The notes under the pieces are model-generated. The model was not told the origin of the DNA and searched no databases. It saw nothing but the letters and a program-made list of their open reading frames with translations. 64,000 nt of DNA from Fistulifera solaris (Eukaryota). A program made the translations under genes and the position numbers. The DNA lies in assembly GCA_030295235.1 (NCBI GenBank), contig AP026147.1, forward strand, positions 310,001 through 374,000, written 5' to 3'. Below, one piece after another: positions 1 to 12,928 of this stretch. Within the stretch, counting starts at the first letter, position 1. Each line of letters opens with the position of its first letter.

Positions 1-2406
1 GTGATATTGCTTGTCGGTGTCCCGTACTCAGTCGACGATGACTCTGATGGCACCTGTCCCGCAATCGTTGACAGTGCAGCAGCTCGCGATGGAACGGCGG
101 ATTCAGTCTTTTCAGAACTAGGAACTGCGTTATCTGTTTCACGGTTGAATGCAGTTCGATATTGCATGAAACGGGGCACAAATGGAGATTGGTCGTCTTT
201 CAATGTAGTATCCTGTTTGAACGATTCAATTGGTTGGCCGTCTTTAGAGATGGTCGGAACCATTTCGACGTCACCTACAAACGGTGCAGAAGCGGACGTG
301 GTTTCGAAAGGCTTAGCTTTGATAGAAGTCGTCTCCGCAGTCTTAGTACTGTGTGAACTATGTTTGCGCAACGAGTCACGGTACTGCATGTATCGTGGCA
401 CATCTGTGGACTTGTCGTCTTTATTCGTTATTGGGACTCCAGCAGCTGTATCTGCATCAAAACCTTTTGTCTCGATGTTGTCTGAACCGGATCCCGAACT
501 CAGATCTTTGGCCAGCGAACTTCTGTACTGCATGTAGCGCGGTATCGAAGTCGGGCGAGACGCTATTGATTCTGAGGTCGACGACGACGGGTCATTTTCT
601 GGAGTAACAACTTCTGATACTCCCCCTCTGAGAGGATGCTTTTGACGATTTGTCTGGTGACGAGAGTGAATTACGGTATTGCATATATCTGGGAATGCCC
701 GATGATTTTCCATCTTTGCTAGCTGAAAACATAGAGTTGCTTTCTGTCTCGGCTTCAGTAGTCGAAATGGTTCTTACAGCATTCATGGAAGTCCCTAGGG
801 GCTCAATGCGGGATATTGCTGGCTGCGCGTTTTCAAGACTTTCAGATCTGGAATCTTGTACGCTTCTCAATTTGTTCGCCGATTCCGCGCTGTTCACGCT
901 ACTTGGCGAGCCCTTGTCAAATCCTGACCCAGAAAGCTCCTTTGATAGCGTTTCGGTGTCAATACCGTCAAGATTTTGCGTAAGTCGAAGAAAAATTGCT
1001 TGGGCGGCCTCCTCTCCATGAATCTTTTCCAGATCGCGTAGAGCTGTGTTGATTGACTTCTTGAGCGCCTCCTTTTTAGCGGCAATCGCATCGTCAGTGG
1101 AGCCAGCGGCAGATATACTTTCCATTTCTTTTCTATACTTCGAAGTGTTGCAAGTGTTTCGTCATCTTCTGGAATGGCATCGTCTTGATCATATAATTCG
1201 CGAAACTTCTTTAAAGAAGATGACGTTTCCAATGCGTCGGCATCTCCTGCACTGTAAGCGTCTCGGAAATCCTTGTAAGAGCTTCGTTTGGATGCAGGAC
1301 TTTTCAGAATCGTGGCTTCTGGCTGCTGCTTCTCTTCTTGCTGAGGTTCTACCTGGTCCTGCTCTTTCGCTCGCTTTGAATCGGCGTTGCTTTTATCGTC
1401 GGTAGCTGAGCGCTTGGAGGGAGTTGCAGAGGCAGCCTCCATGTATGCATCAACGTTTTCGAGCATTTCCATTTCTTCATCTTCGTCAACATCGTCACCC
1501 GAGGACTCGTCACTACCCGATGAACTGGAGGATCCATAGTCTCCTTGGTAAAAATCATCATCTGACGACGTTGCGGATGCTTGGCTCTTATTCCCCGGCG
1601 TTGGCGGATGACCGAAAAATTCGGTCGACTCCGTTTCCGAATCGACTTCTTCCGTCACACCGAGCGTGCCTAACGTAGGTTTCGCCGCTGCTTTGACGGT
1701 AAAATGATCTCTTCTTCGCCACGACCCTTCATGATCTGGTTCCCCTTGAAAATGTTTCGAGTCCTCCTCCGAGATGCACGTGAGTGCTTCATCCACTGTT
1801 TCTTGGTCGGAACACTCCCTCTCGTCTTCGAACAAATTGTCTTGTTGTAGGGAATCTTCCAACATTCCTTCTTCGGGCGAAGAATCGTCCGGTATGGTGA
1901 CCGGCGGAGGGGGGCGGCGGTGGAGGTGCAGGAGTGGACTGTCTCGACGCCCGGGTTGGAGATGTGGATGCGAGGTACGTACCCAGCGAGCCCTTGGTCT
2001 GACTCGGACTTTCGGCACGAGTCTTTGGTTCGGTTCGCTTAGCGGCCGGTTCTTGCTGAAACACTTGACCCACTTCCATGCTTACCAGCGTGCCCTCTTG
2101 ACTGGATACTTCTTCTTCCACATACTCGACGGATTCCGACTCGTCTTCGTCTCCTTTTCGTGTATCCGATTGTGCTTTTGTGTTGCTGGCGCTAGTTGGA
2201 GCCGGAGGAACGTCTGCCTTGCCTTTCTTCTGGCCCAAGCACACCTTTTCATGCCCTCCACTCTTCCAGTCCCATTGCAAACAATGTTTACTGCAATACT
2301 GAGCCTCATTACAGTGCTCACAAGACAACATCCCTTCCGGAACATAAGACGCTTCGAATCCGCAAGCGTTGCAACGGATCTCGTTATCTGATCCGGAATC
2401 TGACAT
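1..2406 (-). CDS. Large low-complexity protein with N-terminal MYND zinc finger; 3' end runs off the window; split by 3 frameshifts
   Basis: ATG at 2406 (MSDSGSDNE). MYND pattern CNAC...CEHC..AQYCSKHCLQWDWKSGGHEKVC. ORFs 1789-2478, 894-2018, 592-1125 and an open frame below ~620 join through single-base shifts in homopolymers at ~1910, ~1130 and ~620. Confidence 0.8.
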
Positions 2407-3170
2407 CTCGATTGCCTCTGTTTTTGTCAACCTTCGAGGTGCTTGAGTAAATGAAACGACTTTTTCAAATGACTGCAATTAGACGCCGCAGACAATCCCT
2501 TCGCTTTCTCTCAACTCTATATGCCTTTCAGCTTGAATGGCAGGCTTTTCAACTCTTTATAAAGCAAGGTACCTTGGTATGAAGGTAGCACATGCAACAA
2601 ACATGACGGAATGATGAGCCTGCTTCTTGTCGGTCCGCCCTTGTACTATTTGAGTTTCTATTGATCCTGCCCCGTTCCGTGCTTGCTATGACTGGAATGA
2701 CCAACCGGGTCGCACCATCACTAAACTGTTAGAGGGTTTATCGATACAGTAGTTGAAAAAGAAGATTACTTTTTTCTATCTTGATTACGTAGAACGTGTT
2801 CTGATGCCGCCAAATCTTTCAAGTCCAAGTATTTTTGGCGGGAGTTTTGACTTCCGGCTAAGTATTCTTATTTGAGTAACGCGTGCATAAGCCAAAAATT
2901 CTTGGAGCGTTAAAAAGTCCTTAGGTAATAAAGTAGCTTAGCTAATTAAAAAGCACGCGCGATTACCCAACGGACATCGAGGCGGGTCGACCGATTTCCA
3001 ACCCGCTTTCACGACGTGTCACGTCAATTCAGGATTGAGCTAAATCATGAAACTTTCCCTACAAGTACAAGCCAGAAGTGCGATGTACGGAATATTGATA
3101 ATTTTGCGTGAAAAATGTACTATGAAAATTATGTTGAAACCGAAGCAAGAGACGACAAGGTCGTGTTCGC

Positions 3171-5684
3171 TTACACGGGACAGTTTTCGCAACAAGCGCA
3201 CGCGACCTCCGATGGACAATCGGCAGATGCCAATGCTTGCTGAGCAACAATGATAGCACACGTAGCATTGTTGATCTCTCCAACTAACGAATTGCCTTCG
3301 ATTCGGAGTTCTTTGACATTCACCAAGGCCGAAAAATCAGGAACCGGTCCGGTCAACAAGTTGTTCTCTGCATTGAAGTTCTTCATGTCCACCAGTGTTC
3401 CCAGCGACGAAGGAATCGTGCCAGTAAGTTGGTTATTGGAGAAGCGTAGACCCGCTTTGATCATTTTCAAATTGCCGAACTCGTTGGGGATGGTACCGAC
3501 CAACTTGTTGTCATTCACCCAGATACCTTTCGCTTCAGCGAGTTTTCCGAACTCAGTGGGGATTGTGCCTGTAAGCAGGTTGCCGTCCACCGAAAATTGA
3601 AGCATCTTCGGAGTGTCGCCGACCTGGGTGGGGATCGGACCCGTCAAGTCATTCTTTCGAAAGGAAATCTTGGTCGCCGAAGTCAGCAGACCTATTGTGG
3701 TGGGAATTTGCCCCGATAGTTTGCATCGCTCCATCAACACCGTATCCACGACAGGCCAATTCAAGAACAACTCCGGTGCGATGGTTCCTGTTAAATTGTG
3801 GTTCTTGAAAGAAAAGAACTCCATTGATGTTAAAAGTCCTAGCTCTGTGGGCAAAGATCCTTGTACTTTTACAGATTCTCCAGTCGGTTCATTGATTATG
3901 TTGAACGTCTTCAAGCTGGTCAACATTGCCAGCTCCGGAGGAAGCGTACCGCCGATGTTGTTTTTGTTGAATTCGAGTGTCGTAAAAGTATCTCCATCAC
4001 AGTTAAAAGCCGTACTTGAATCCGTGTACCACAGACACTCATCCAACGCATCTAGCCAAGATCCATTGTTGAGCCATTCGTCACCATTCGTGCTATAATA
4101 GAAAGTAGCCAAAGCAAATCGTTGTATAAGTTTGACGTCGGATAACTCCTGAAGCTCGGCATCCGCTTCGAGCCACAAGTATGCCTGATTCTGTGGCGTG
4201 CCTTCTTCTATCAGCGTCTCGTTGCCAGCGGGCAAAGCGGCCACAATCTTATCGTACAGTTCCTTGTTTTTCGGCCGGAAACCACTAGTGGTAGGTACCA
4301 TGCTGGGAGTCGCAACTGGAGACATGCTGGGCGCTAATGTCGTAGGTGCCGGTGACACTATTTCTTCGACAATGGCCGGAGTCGGCGCCGAAGTAGTATT
4401 GGCGACAACAACGACGGGAGCACTTTCCTCCTCTTTGAGTAAAATGGTGCTTAGAACCCCACCGAGCACCGCCGCCAGTAAGATTAAAGCACACGCGAGA
4501 CAAGCGACCAACGCCCAAAATGTAGGAGTCCCGTCCTCTTTTCTATAACTGTAATACGAAATGGTGTCGGAAGCTCGTCGATCATCGGAATATTCCGTCC
4601 CACCGTGATCTTCTATTTTGGTGACGCTCGGAATCGATGACTCGGGGTCCCGTTCGTCAAGACTGTGATTGGAAGCCGAACCATCCTGATACACGGGAAT
4701 ACTCGGAAGCGACGATCGAGGCGCCTCCGGTGGCGGCGGCGGCGGGGGTGGTGTCGAGTAGCTAGCGGATCGCGGCGCATAATAGTTTTTGGGTATCGGC
4801 GCCTGTTCCGGTTCCGCATCAACGGGCGCTTTTTGTGCTGCACTCGTTCCCGCAGCAATGGCCGCGGCCGCTTCACGAACTTCGTTTCTGGCTTTTTCCG
4901 CTGCATAATAAGCATCGGGATTTTCATTCGGATCGATACGATTCGGATCGTGAACGTAATTTCGTGGTACAATTCCTTTCTTCGTATTAGACGTGCGATA
5001 TCCTATGTACGAGTTAGGGTCCGTTGCCGCTTCCGAAACCGGTTGTTGAATTTCAGGAGATCGTACGGGAAGCTTAGGTGACAGGCTTTGGGCATTCATT
5101 CGAGCTTGAGGTGCATCATTCATGGGAGGCGAAGGAGGTCGATTGCTGGCACTTGCACCCATTTGTCCGAGATTTCTTCCCGCCGAGTTCTCTCGCTTTG
5201 CCATGTATGGAGCCGTACCCAAAGGAGAGGCGTCATCGTCCTGATCATCATCCTCGTCTTCGAGATCGAAAGTATTGAGCTCGGCGGAGGATGATCGTAA
5301 ATTGTTGAGTCGTTTCACGAGAGGACTCTCCCCTAACGGCGCGGCTTTCTGACCATTACTGCTTTTGGGATAAAATATAGAGTTCGTAGGGCGAGTTGGT
5401 GTCGAGGATGATATTTTGGGTCCCTTCGAAGCCGCAGCTAGATCACCCATTAAATCTCCTTCCGAGTCGGCTAAACCTCGCCTCTTTGGCCGAATCGGAA
5501 GATCTTCTTCTGAGGTAAGCCCATCATCGTCCGACCATCCCTCGCTATTCTCAGACACCTCTTCGAAGTCCATCTTCGAGGTACGAGGGTAACTGTGATC
5601 GTCCGAGCTTTCCGTAGAAACAGAGCGATCTTCGTTTTTTCGTGACTTTCGCACCTGCCGCTCTGTAGTCTTTGTTCGCGGCAT
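3171..5684 (-). CDS. Single-pass membrane leucine-rich-repeat protein (diatom-type LRR receptor-like protein)
   Basis: 837-aa ORF. Disordered N-terminus, TM helix WALVACLACALILLAAVLGGVL, Pro/Thr/Ser stalk, TPQNQAYLWL and QRFALATFYYSTNG cap, multiple plant-type LRRs (LxGxIPxEFGxL), C-terminal Cys cap (ADC..VACACC..C). Confidence 0.9.
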   Translation of the reverse strand: MPRTKTTERQVRKSRKNEDRSVSTESSDDHSYPRTSKMDFEEVSENSEGWSDDDGLTSEEDLPIRPKRRGLADSEGDLMGDLAAASKGPKISSSTPTRPTNSIFYPKSSNGQKAAPLGESPLVKRLNNLRSSSAELNTFDLEDEDDDQDDDASPLGTAPYMAKRENSAGRNLGQMGASASNRPPSPPMNDAPQARMNAQSLSPKLPVRSPEIQQPVSEAATDPNSYIGYRTSNTKKGIVPRNYVHDPNRIDPNENPDAYYAAEKARNEVREAAAAIAAGTSAAQKAPVDAEPEQAPIPKNYYAPRSASYSTPPPPPPPPEAPRSSLPSIPVYQDGSASNHSLDERDPESSIPSVTKIEDHGGTEYSDDRRASDTISYYSYRKEDGTPTFWALVACLACALILLAAVLGGVLSTILLKEEESAPVVVVANTTSAPTPAIVEEIVSPAPTTLAPSMSPVATPSMVPTTSGFRPKNKELYDKIVAALPAGNETLIEEGTPQNQAYLWLEADAELQELSDVKLIQRFALATFYYSTNGDEWLNNGSWLDALDECLWYTDSSTAFNCDGDTFTTLEFNKNNIGGTLPPELAMLTSLKTFNIINEPTGESVKVQGSLPTELGLLTSMEFFSFKNHNLTGTIAPELFLNWPVVDTVLMERCKLSGQIPTTIGLLTSATKISFRKNDLTGPIPTQVGDTPKMLQFSVDGNLLTGTIPTEFGKLAEAKGIWVNDNKLVGTIPNEFGNLKMIKAGLRFSNNQLTGTIPSSLGTLVDMKNFNAENNLLTGPVPDFSALVNVKELRIEGNSLVGEINNATCAIIVAQQALASADCPSEVACACCENCPV

Positions 5685-6162
5685 TCTTTCTTAGTTCTAG
5701 TTCACCTGTTTGTTGCTTTGTGTTAATCGTCGTTGCAGCAGCGCAATCAATAGAGTCGTCGTCGTCGTCGCAGTAATCAGTGGACTCTTCAGCAACAACA
5801 GCAACGTTCCAATTTCTCCGGGATTCTTGTGTGCTGTCGACAAAAATCTGGCTGCTGCCACAAAAATGCACATGGTAAACGGGCAAAAAAGTCGGGTCCG
5901 AAAAATTTGCATAGTGATCTGTAGGAAAATGTCACTTGTTATGGATTTTGCCGTCAGTGTACTTTATTCTCCTGTATTCGTAATGCCAAGGAAAAGGCCC
6001 AAACTACAATATATACAGTAGTAAATGTGAGTTTTTGATTCTTGACAGTCTAAATGTAGGAGAATCTGGCACAAAGCACAAAGGAATGTTCAAATAAAAA
6101 ATAAGGCACAAATTCGCAAGACTGCTCACTGCTCACTCTTATCCCGGTCATTGAAGTTACCC

Positions 6163-7967
6163 CTAACCATACCAGGTAACGAACAACGAGCCATGGTTAT
6201 GGGCACTTATTCCTCGTTTAGAGTACGGAATAAATTGATTTCTTTGAATAGCTAGAGTTAACAAAAAAGACACGGCTACTTTGCTTTTGTGAGCTTTTTT
6301 CTTTTGGAGATGAGAGGGCATGAACGCAACTAGATCTTTGTCCACCTTTGCTAGTTTCTTTGGACGTTCTATAGCTTCCGGCAATTCTGGCTTCCCCAAG
6401 GCTTCGGCCGGCAAGTTCGCGTCTACAGGATACGTGCTGGGATATGCTTCCGTCACTGGGTATTCACCGGTTGCCGGGTAATCCAGGTCTAAAGGATAGC
6501 TCGGTACCGCTACATCTAATGCATCGATTGGATAAACAGGAGGAACTTCATAGCTTCCGTTCGTAATGTAATCATCCAAGGGATACGCCGGAGGCAGACC
6601 GGAGTCGTCTATTTCGTCTTCATTCAATACATGATCGGTATAACTGTCAATCGGATACATCGGCTGCAGCTCCGCTGTCGATTCTCCGGTATCAGGAATG
6701 GGTACATCGTGCTTTTCGTCATTGTTGCTGCCGTCCCTCATTGCGCTCCGCAGAGCAGCGATTCGCCTTTGGACAGAACTGTCACTTTCATCGCCACTCG
6801 CTTCGTCAACCGTGGCTTTTTGCCGACTTTCATCTCGAAGGGCAGCAATACGCTGCTGAACGGAATTGTCATCATCTTCGGCATGTTCCTCCACACCCTC
6901 TTCATAATTTCCCTTTTCTTCTCTTTCATCCGATTCGACCCCAATATATGTTGCGATTTGAACCGGCTCTTCACTTTGTTGACGGAGTGACGCAATCCGA
7001 TCTTGGACCGATGACTTCCTTTGGCATTCTAATTGACGGGCCGCCTGTTGCTGCAGAGCCTCGGGCAGCACCGTTTGAAACACCGAATGCTTAATAATTG
7101 CTTTCCATGGTTCATCGTCGGACGATCGAACCTTGGTGGTCGATGGAAAGAATCCTGCTTGAATCCATTGTTTCATTTGATGCAACGGAAATGGTCCCTG
7201 CACTTGCTGGGAAGTATCCAGGTACCACCACGTATCCACTACCGTAACAACTCCCTCCAATCCAGTCCCTATCGCTTCCTCGTACTCGACTTCTTCGTTG
7301 GACGCCCATATATCGCACTGCAATTTTCGTTTGGATCGATTGACGGCCGCGGATGGTTTCGGTAATGCTGGTAGATTAGAAGGATCGATGATTGTTTTTT
7401 GATTCATTTCTTGTCTCGATTCTGGAGACGTTCGCGACGGTGGCTGCCGACGATCCTGTTGTTTCTTTTCGGGGAACGGATGCTTTGCCGGCGGTCGCGA
7501 ACTTACTTCACGTCGGGGTGGCGGTGGCGGCGGAGGAATCACATCACCCGATAGTCCTGCTTCCTCCACGTTCATAGTAACTCCACCATCCCGTCGATGA
7601 AAAAGTCTTGGCTTTCCTGGAGGAGGCTCGCCATAAGGATTCAATTTTGGGTCATAATAGACACTCAGTTCTGGCCTCGCCAGTGGGGTAAACGCCGGCT
7701 TTGTGGGCTGACTGATTGTTGGGGATACGGCGGATGACTCCTTTACTATTTTTAATTCTTTCTTCAGTCGGTCGATTTTACTTTGAATAGCGTGCGGTCT
7801 TGTTTCTGTATTTTTGTGCTGCTTTTCTAATTTGCGAATCTCTTCCATCACCATTTGCTCCGTCTTTTCCGCCTTGACTTTTTCATCGCGACTCGCAATC
7901 CGAGCCGCTTTATTCTTTGCAACTCTTTTTTGCGTTGTTTGCGATGCCAGTCGGATACATTTGACAT
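6163..7967 (-). CDS. WBP11-like splicing-associated protein with a GYF domain
   Basis: Likely true ATG at 7967 (MSNVSDWHRKQRKKELQKNK after restoring one A at ~7917), resembling the WBP11 N-terminus. Also YYDPKLNPYGEPPPG, GYF domain WWYLDTSQQVQGPFPLHQMKQWIQAGFF, and C-terminal AFMPSHLQ. Exact stop uncertain. Confidence 0.7.
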
Positions 7968-8280
7968 TTTTCTTTGTTGTTCGAGCAGTTGTGGCAGTAA
8001 TTGACGTAATCACGTACTACTATTCACTTGCTCCGAATAGAGAAATGGAAGGACAGTTTATGATCATTCGTCGTCGTCGATGTTTTTATTTTATTGCTTT
8101 CGCGTCGCGGCTCATTCACGAATAAAATCGTACCGGCAGTCAGATAGGCACTGTTTTTTCCCCGGGACTGCAGAAGCAGGGGTCACGAACTCATTTTTTT
8201 ATTATACTGCATGCGCATCCAAAGATTTTGCATTTAATTTCAACCAGAAAACCAAAATACCGAGTAATATTCGATCTACT

Positions 8281-10051
8281 ATGCTCCGCCTACAAACTAT
8301 TCTTTGTTTCTTGCTAATAATACTCTTGAATACTCCAAATGGTCTCTGCTCGGATGTGAAACAGATGGATGCTGATGCGCTAGAAAAGGCCATTGCCCTG
8401 GCCACCGAAACATCCGAGGGATCCGTACAACAGGCCCGTGACGGAGATGTTGCCGCTTTGTATTTGATTGCCCGAGAACTTGAAACGAAGGAATTATTTT
8501 CCCAAGCCATTCCTATCTATCACTATCTAGCGGATGAACGGTCACATATTGCCAGTCAATTATCACTCGGATTTTATTACTACAACATCGAGGACGATCC
8601 TTCCAAAGCATTGCATTATTTCATTCATGCCGGAGAACGAGGACCCAATCAAGCGGCACTCTACAACGCCGGAAGAATTCTCGGCGAACACCACAATTTG
8701 GTTCCGGCGGTCGCCTACATTCAATTGGCGGCTCGTTTGGCCACGACACACCCCGAACACGCTACCGAGCCCGTGACCGAAACGTGCGTGACGGCCTTTC
8801 AAGCCTTATCGCAAATCATTGCTTCCCGTGGCATGAGTCTGCAGGAGTCACTCGATGTATTTTCGTACGCTTCATTGGATGGTTTTCCTGTCGCCGAATC
8901 GGACACGATCGAATCTTGGCAAACGGCCGTGAAACTGCTCCAGAGTGCCGATGACATGTATCTCACGACCGGTCAACTCCATGTACCTGCTCTCCAAGAA
9001 GCCTTTCCGTATCTACGAAGTATATGGGAGAAGGACGCGGGACAGTTATCACCATTGCAGGCACATTTGTTGTTGTCGCACATGAACGATGCGTTGGCGG
9101 CACTGAGTGCCACCGATGATGATTACCTTTTCGCCGCCGGAGGTTATGCGGAAGCCATGGCGCGATCCACATTTTGTTTACAAAATGAAACAGATCTTTG
9201 TTTTGCCACCAGTGCATCACGTGCTATTTCCTACTATCGACGAGCCGGAGATACCGAGGCGGCTCAACGAGTGTTTGAGTTGGCGCAATCTCAATCATCA
9301 GGAACAACGGCTTGGAAATCCATCGACCAAACTCCCCCGGTAAGTAGGAAAAAGCAGTGTGTGCATCACTTTAATGACATGAGCCTCAGTGTGTCTTTGA
9401 AAGTCGTTTGATCCCAACATCAGCAGCAAACCCATTTGGTCAGACTCATCAATCACCCATCAGCTAAAGGCAGCCCATTCCAAGACAAGAGCTGTTTTGA
9501 TGAATGAAATATCTACAATTGATTGGCTGGCAACAACAACGACATCTGAAATTGGCTCCGATGGTTCCATAGGCTCCATCCCCGTCATCCGGCAAAATCA
9601 TCTGGTGCCTTTGAGTTTGTTGAGGTCTACGAGTCCAGCAGGTTGGCTGGAATATGGTCCCCTTTATGATGGATCTGCTTGGAATTTAAATCTTTGTCAA
9701 CGTGTGCACACGCTTTGCCGGGTGTTACGGAGTCACGAGACGACATTTTGCAAGAGCGATGATACCACAATAACGTGTGGAACGGATTCCATCGTTACGT
9801 TGGTACGTATGAAACCTGGAACGTCGGTGTTGACCCACTGCGGAATGAATAATTTTCGCTTGACTCTGCACTGGTGCCTGTATGGATGCATGAATATCGA
9901 ATACTCCTTTGGTAATCAGTCTCCACTGAACTACGAATCAGAAGGCGGTGTGATTGTTTTCGATGACAGCTTTGAGCATTCAATTCAACACAACGGCAAG
10001 GAAGACGCAATAATTGCTGTCATGTTTCTAAACCACCCCGATATGAATTAA
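8281..10051 (+). CDS. Secretory-pathway protein with Sel1/TPR-like repeats and a C-terminal aspartyl/asparaginyl beta-hydroxylase-like dioxygenase domain; intron 9340-9403
   Basis: Signal peptide MLRLQTILCFLLIILL; Sel1-like SQLSLGFYY...ALYNAG. The GTAAGT...AAAG intron joins in frame to PGTSVLTHCG..N.RLTLH and VFDDSFEHSIQHNG, the AspH-family motifs. Confidence 0.8.
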
Positions 10052-10162
10052 TAGCAGGACGGGCTACTTGGTAAGATTAACGCAAAATTTTGTAAATTAC
10101 ATAAACGACTAAAAGACAAAACAAGCTAGGTTTACCTACTTAACTTATCAAGTATAACATCC

Positions 10163-10983
10163 CTAGATTTTCTGTTCGTACTTTTGAGCGGCAAGATTGC
10201 TTCCGTCGGGTACAAAGGCGAAAGCTTGAGGGGGTGGCATCGGTGCGTATCCATCCATCATCAAAGGTTGAGGGTGGTAAATCATCGGAAGTCCTTCGGG
10301 CTCCATTGGGGTCGGCATATAATACATGGGGGCTACATATCCCGCAAACAGAGCCCCGGTAGGAACATGGCCGGGGTGGCCATAATAGTAGGGATTGTAC
10401 GAAGACGGATCCGGAGGGACCGGCACGGCGTACGCCGAGGGAATGGATGGTGCACGGCGCATCGATTCTTTCGGTTCCGCCGACTTGACTTCAATGGTTT
10501 TGCCTTGCATCTCCAAACGTCCCGAAGTTCCCGTGCCGTCGTGGCCCATGGCGAGGAGTTGTTGCGCCGTACTGGCCTGCTCAAAGGTGACAAACCCGAA
10601 TCCGCGAGATCGGTTCGTGAATTTGTCGACAAGAACGATACTGTCCATAACCGGACCGAATTGCTCAAAGAACGAACGGAACTCTTCACTGGTGACTATA
10701 TACAAGAGAAAGGAAGAAAATTAGTGAGAAAGCATCGCGCGAATCAAGGCAAACAAGACGAGCGACGGAACGTACCATTGGGAGGGAGACCGCCAACAAA
10801 GAGCTTTCGTTCATCTTTGGCTGTCGGTGGGACCTTGAGCGAAGGACGGGAATAGCGCATCGGGGCGCTTACCGTGGTTTTTCTTCGAAGGGGCGTCGTT
10901 CGCACCCCCGGTTCCCTGCTGGGGATTGGAGTCATCATTTCGTTTTTCTTGAGGAATGCTTTCAAAAGGGACGGCGTGTTCAT
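10163..10983 (-). CDS. RRM RNA-binding protein (Musashi/hnRNP A1-like); intron 10696-10775
   Basis: RNP2 KLFVGGLP is spliced to RNP1 RSRGFGFVTF; Pro/Tyr-rich C-terminal tail. Start codon uncertain. Confidence 0.85.
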
Positions 10984-11749
10984 TCTCGGGGGTAAAGCGA
11001 TCGATAAAGAGAGAGTTGCAAGTCTAAGCTAACCCACAAAGGGCAATCACTAGAAAAGAAGCACTCTTGATGGGTGAGGATGGGGTGATTTTCAAGAGAA
11101 CATAAAAAGTATGAGATCGCGAAACAGAATGGTTTTTGTTGATCTGAACCCATGCGACAACATGGCACGGTATCTTCTGGTACAAAATGTACGTAGATTG
11201 TACGTGAGAAATTCGGCGTAGAAAATGAACGATAATTATGTACTGAGATTTTTTCAACAAACAACCTCCACGACTGAGGTGGCCATTTTCCACTTTTTAT
11301 CCTATAGTAAACGACTTGTTCCGAGCGGCGTATGGACGGCTGTCAACCAGTCTTCTCTGACGTAATAAGTGAAGAACAAACATCATTCTCAAAGACTATA
11401 TTTCAAAGTGTAAAGCTCAGAAATGTTGCGTCCCAGCCTTCCACGTCATCAACGCCTTGAACGAAAGTTTCCGAAACTACGGTCCGGGATAAAATGATTA
11501 GAGTTTGGAGCTAAATCACGAGTCACGAGAGCTGATTTATAGCTCATAGGTCTAGAGATCAAATCAATCAACCCGAGGGAAATACACGCAACGGCCTTCT
11601 CTGTGCTAGTTTATCATCATTATCTTTCTTTCACTAAAGCAACTCTCAAGCATCTTCGTTTACTTGAGGTACAAATGATGAACGCGCGAGATCAGTTACT
11701 CCGACTTTGTGTCTAGCATCACTTTTATTTACTGGCCTAATAAAATGAT

Positions 11750-12472
11750 TTACAAGAAGCCTTTCGATCGTCCCTTACGAAACGCAATTTTTCCTTTGGC
11801 CCATCCTGGATCTACAATTCCATTGCGCATGCTAGCGGATACATTGCAATTTCCCACAAATAGTCCAGAATCCTTGTCACCTTCCTTGCGCCCTTCCGGG
11901 AACACTTTCACCGTACCCGAACTGCGGGGAACCATGGATTTGGGGTTCATCGATCCGTTTTCTAGAGGAATTTGATATACTACGGAGGGGGAGTTGTCTA
12001 GTTCCCTTCATGGGGGCAACTGGACTTCAAATTCGACAACAAAAAGTCGTGATCGTACGGCTTCGTCGTAGGAAGCTTCCAACAAGTCGGTCGATTTTAA
12101 CCGATCCGCCATGCTTGGTCGCCAGAACGCACGGAGCTTTTTCCCATCCTTCATTACACCGAAAGCCTTGAGGCCAAATTTTCCCCGTTTCTTTAACAAT
12201 TGCATTTGGACGGGGGAATTTAAATATTTATTGATGTGAGCTCTGACTTTACTGCACAGTTTCTCCTCTTCGATCTTTGGGGGTTGGAGTTCCCATTTTA
12301 CATCATGCATGAGAAACATCTCTCTCGTCATTCCTGACATTGATTCATTATCGTCAAGTTGCATCTCCCCTCGAGCTTCATTGCCCATCTGGCTGGAGAA
12401 ACCTTCCCGAAGAAAGCGCTGAGCCGATATTAAGGGAAGAAACAAGCACAAGAAGTAGTTTAGAGATTTCAT
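11750..12472 (-). CDS. Hypothetical signal-peptide protein, frameshifted near 11960-12015
   Basis: Signal peptide MKSLNYFLCLFLPLISA. ORFs 12008-12484 and 11750-11950 can be joined through homopolymer indels. Confidence 0.6.
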
Positions 12473-12928
12473 TGTATTGATCAATGAATAGCAGCGGTTC
12501 GATTAGACTTCAATGTTGAATGAGTGCAAAAGCGTCGGCGGCGGTTGCTGCTCATGGTGTGTGTCTTCAACGATCCACTCGTCGCTCCGCGCTTCATTTG
12601 CACACTCCACGTGTATGGCGAAAAGCACAGTATCGTCGGAATGTACTGACGCATTGTTCAAGATTGAAGATTGATTAATGAGTCACGTGCCAACGGTATC
12701 TTTTTTTGAAAGAACAAATAATGCCACCCGATGCGAACGGATGTCGGATGTCACGTGCAGCCCATTACTTTATTCCCAGGTGACATCGGAATTCTTTGTT
12801 CGTTTGGCCTCGCATCAAAGAATGAGAAAATAATAATGATCCCCTCGAAAAGATCTTGTCTCCGAAACCTCTTCGCATAATCTTCGTCGATCAAGAAGCA
12901 ACAACATTTTTACCCTTGTTCCTCAACC

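Noticed and set aside
2605..2810. Possible box C/D snoRNA (ATGATGA at ~2612)
   Set aside because: No suitably placed D box or terminal stem, and no recognisable rRNA guide.
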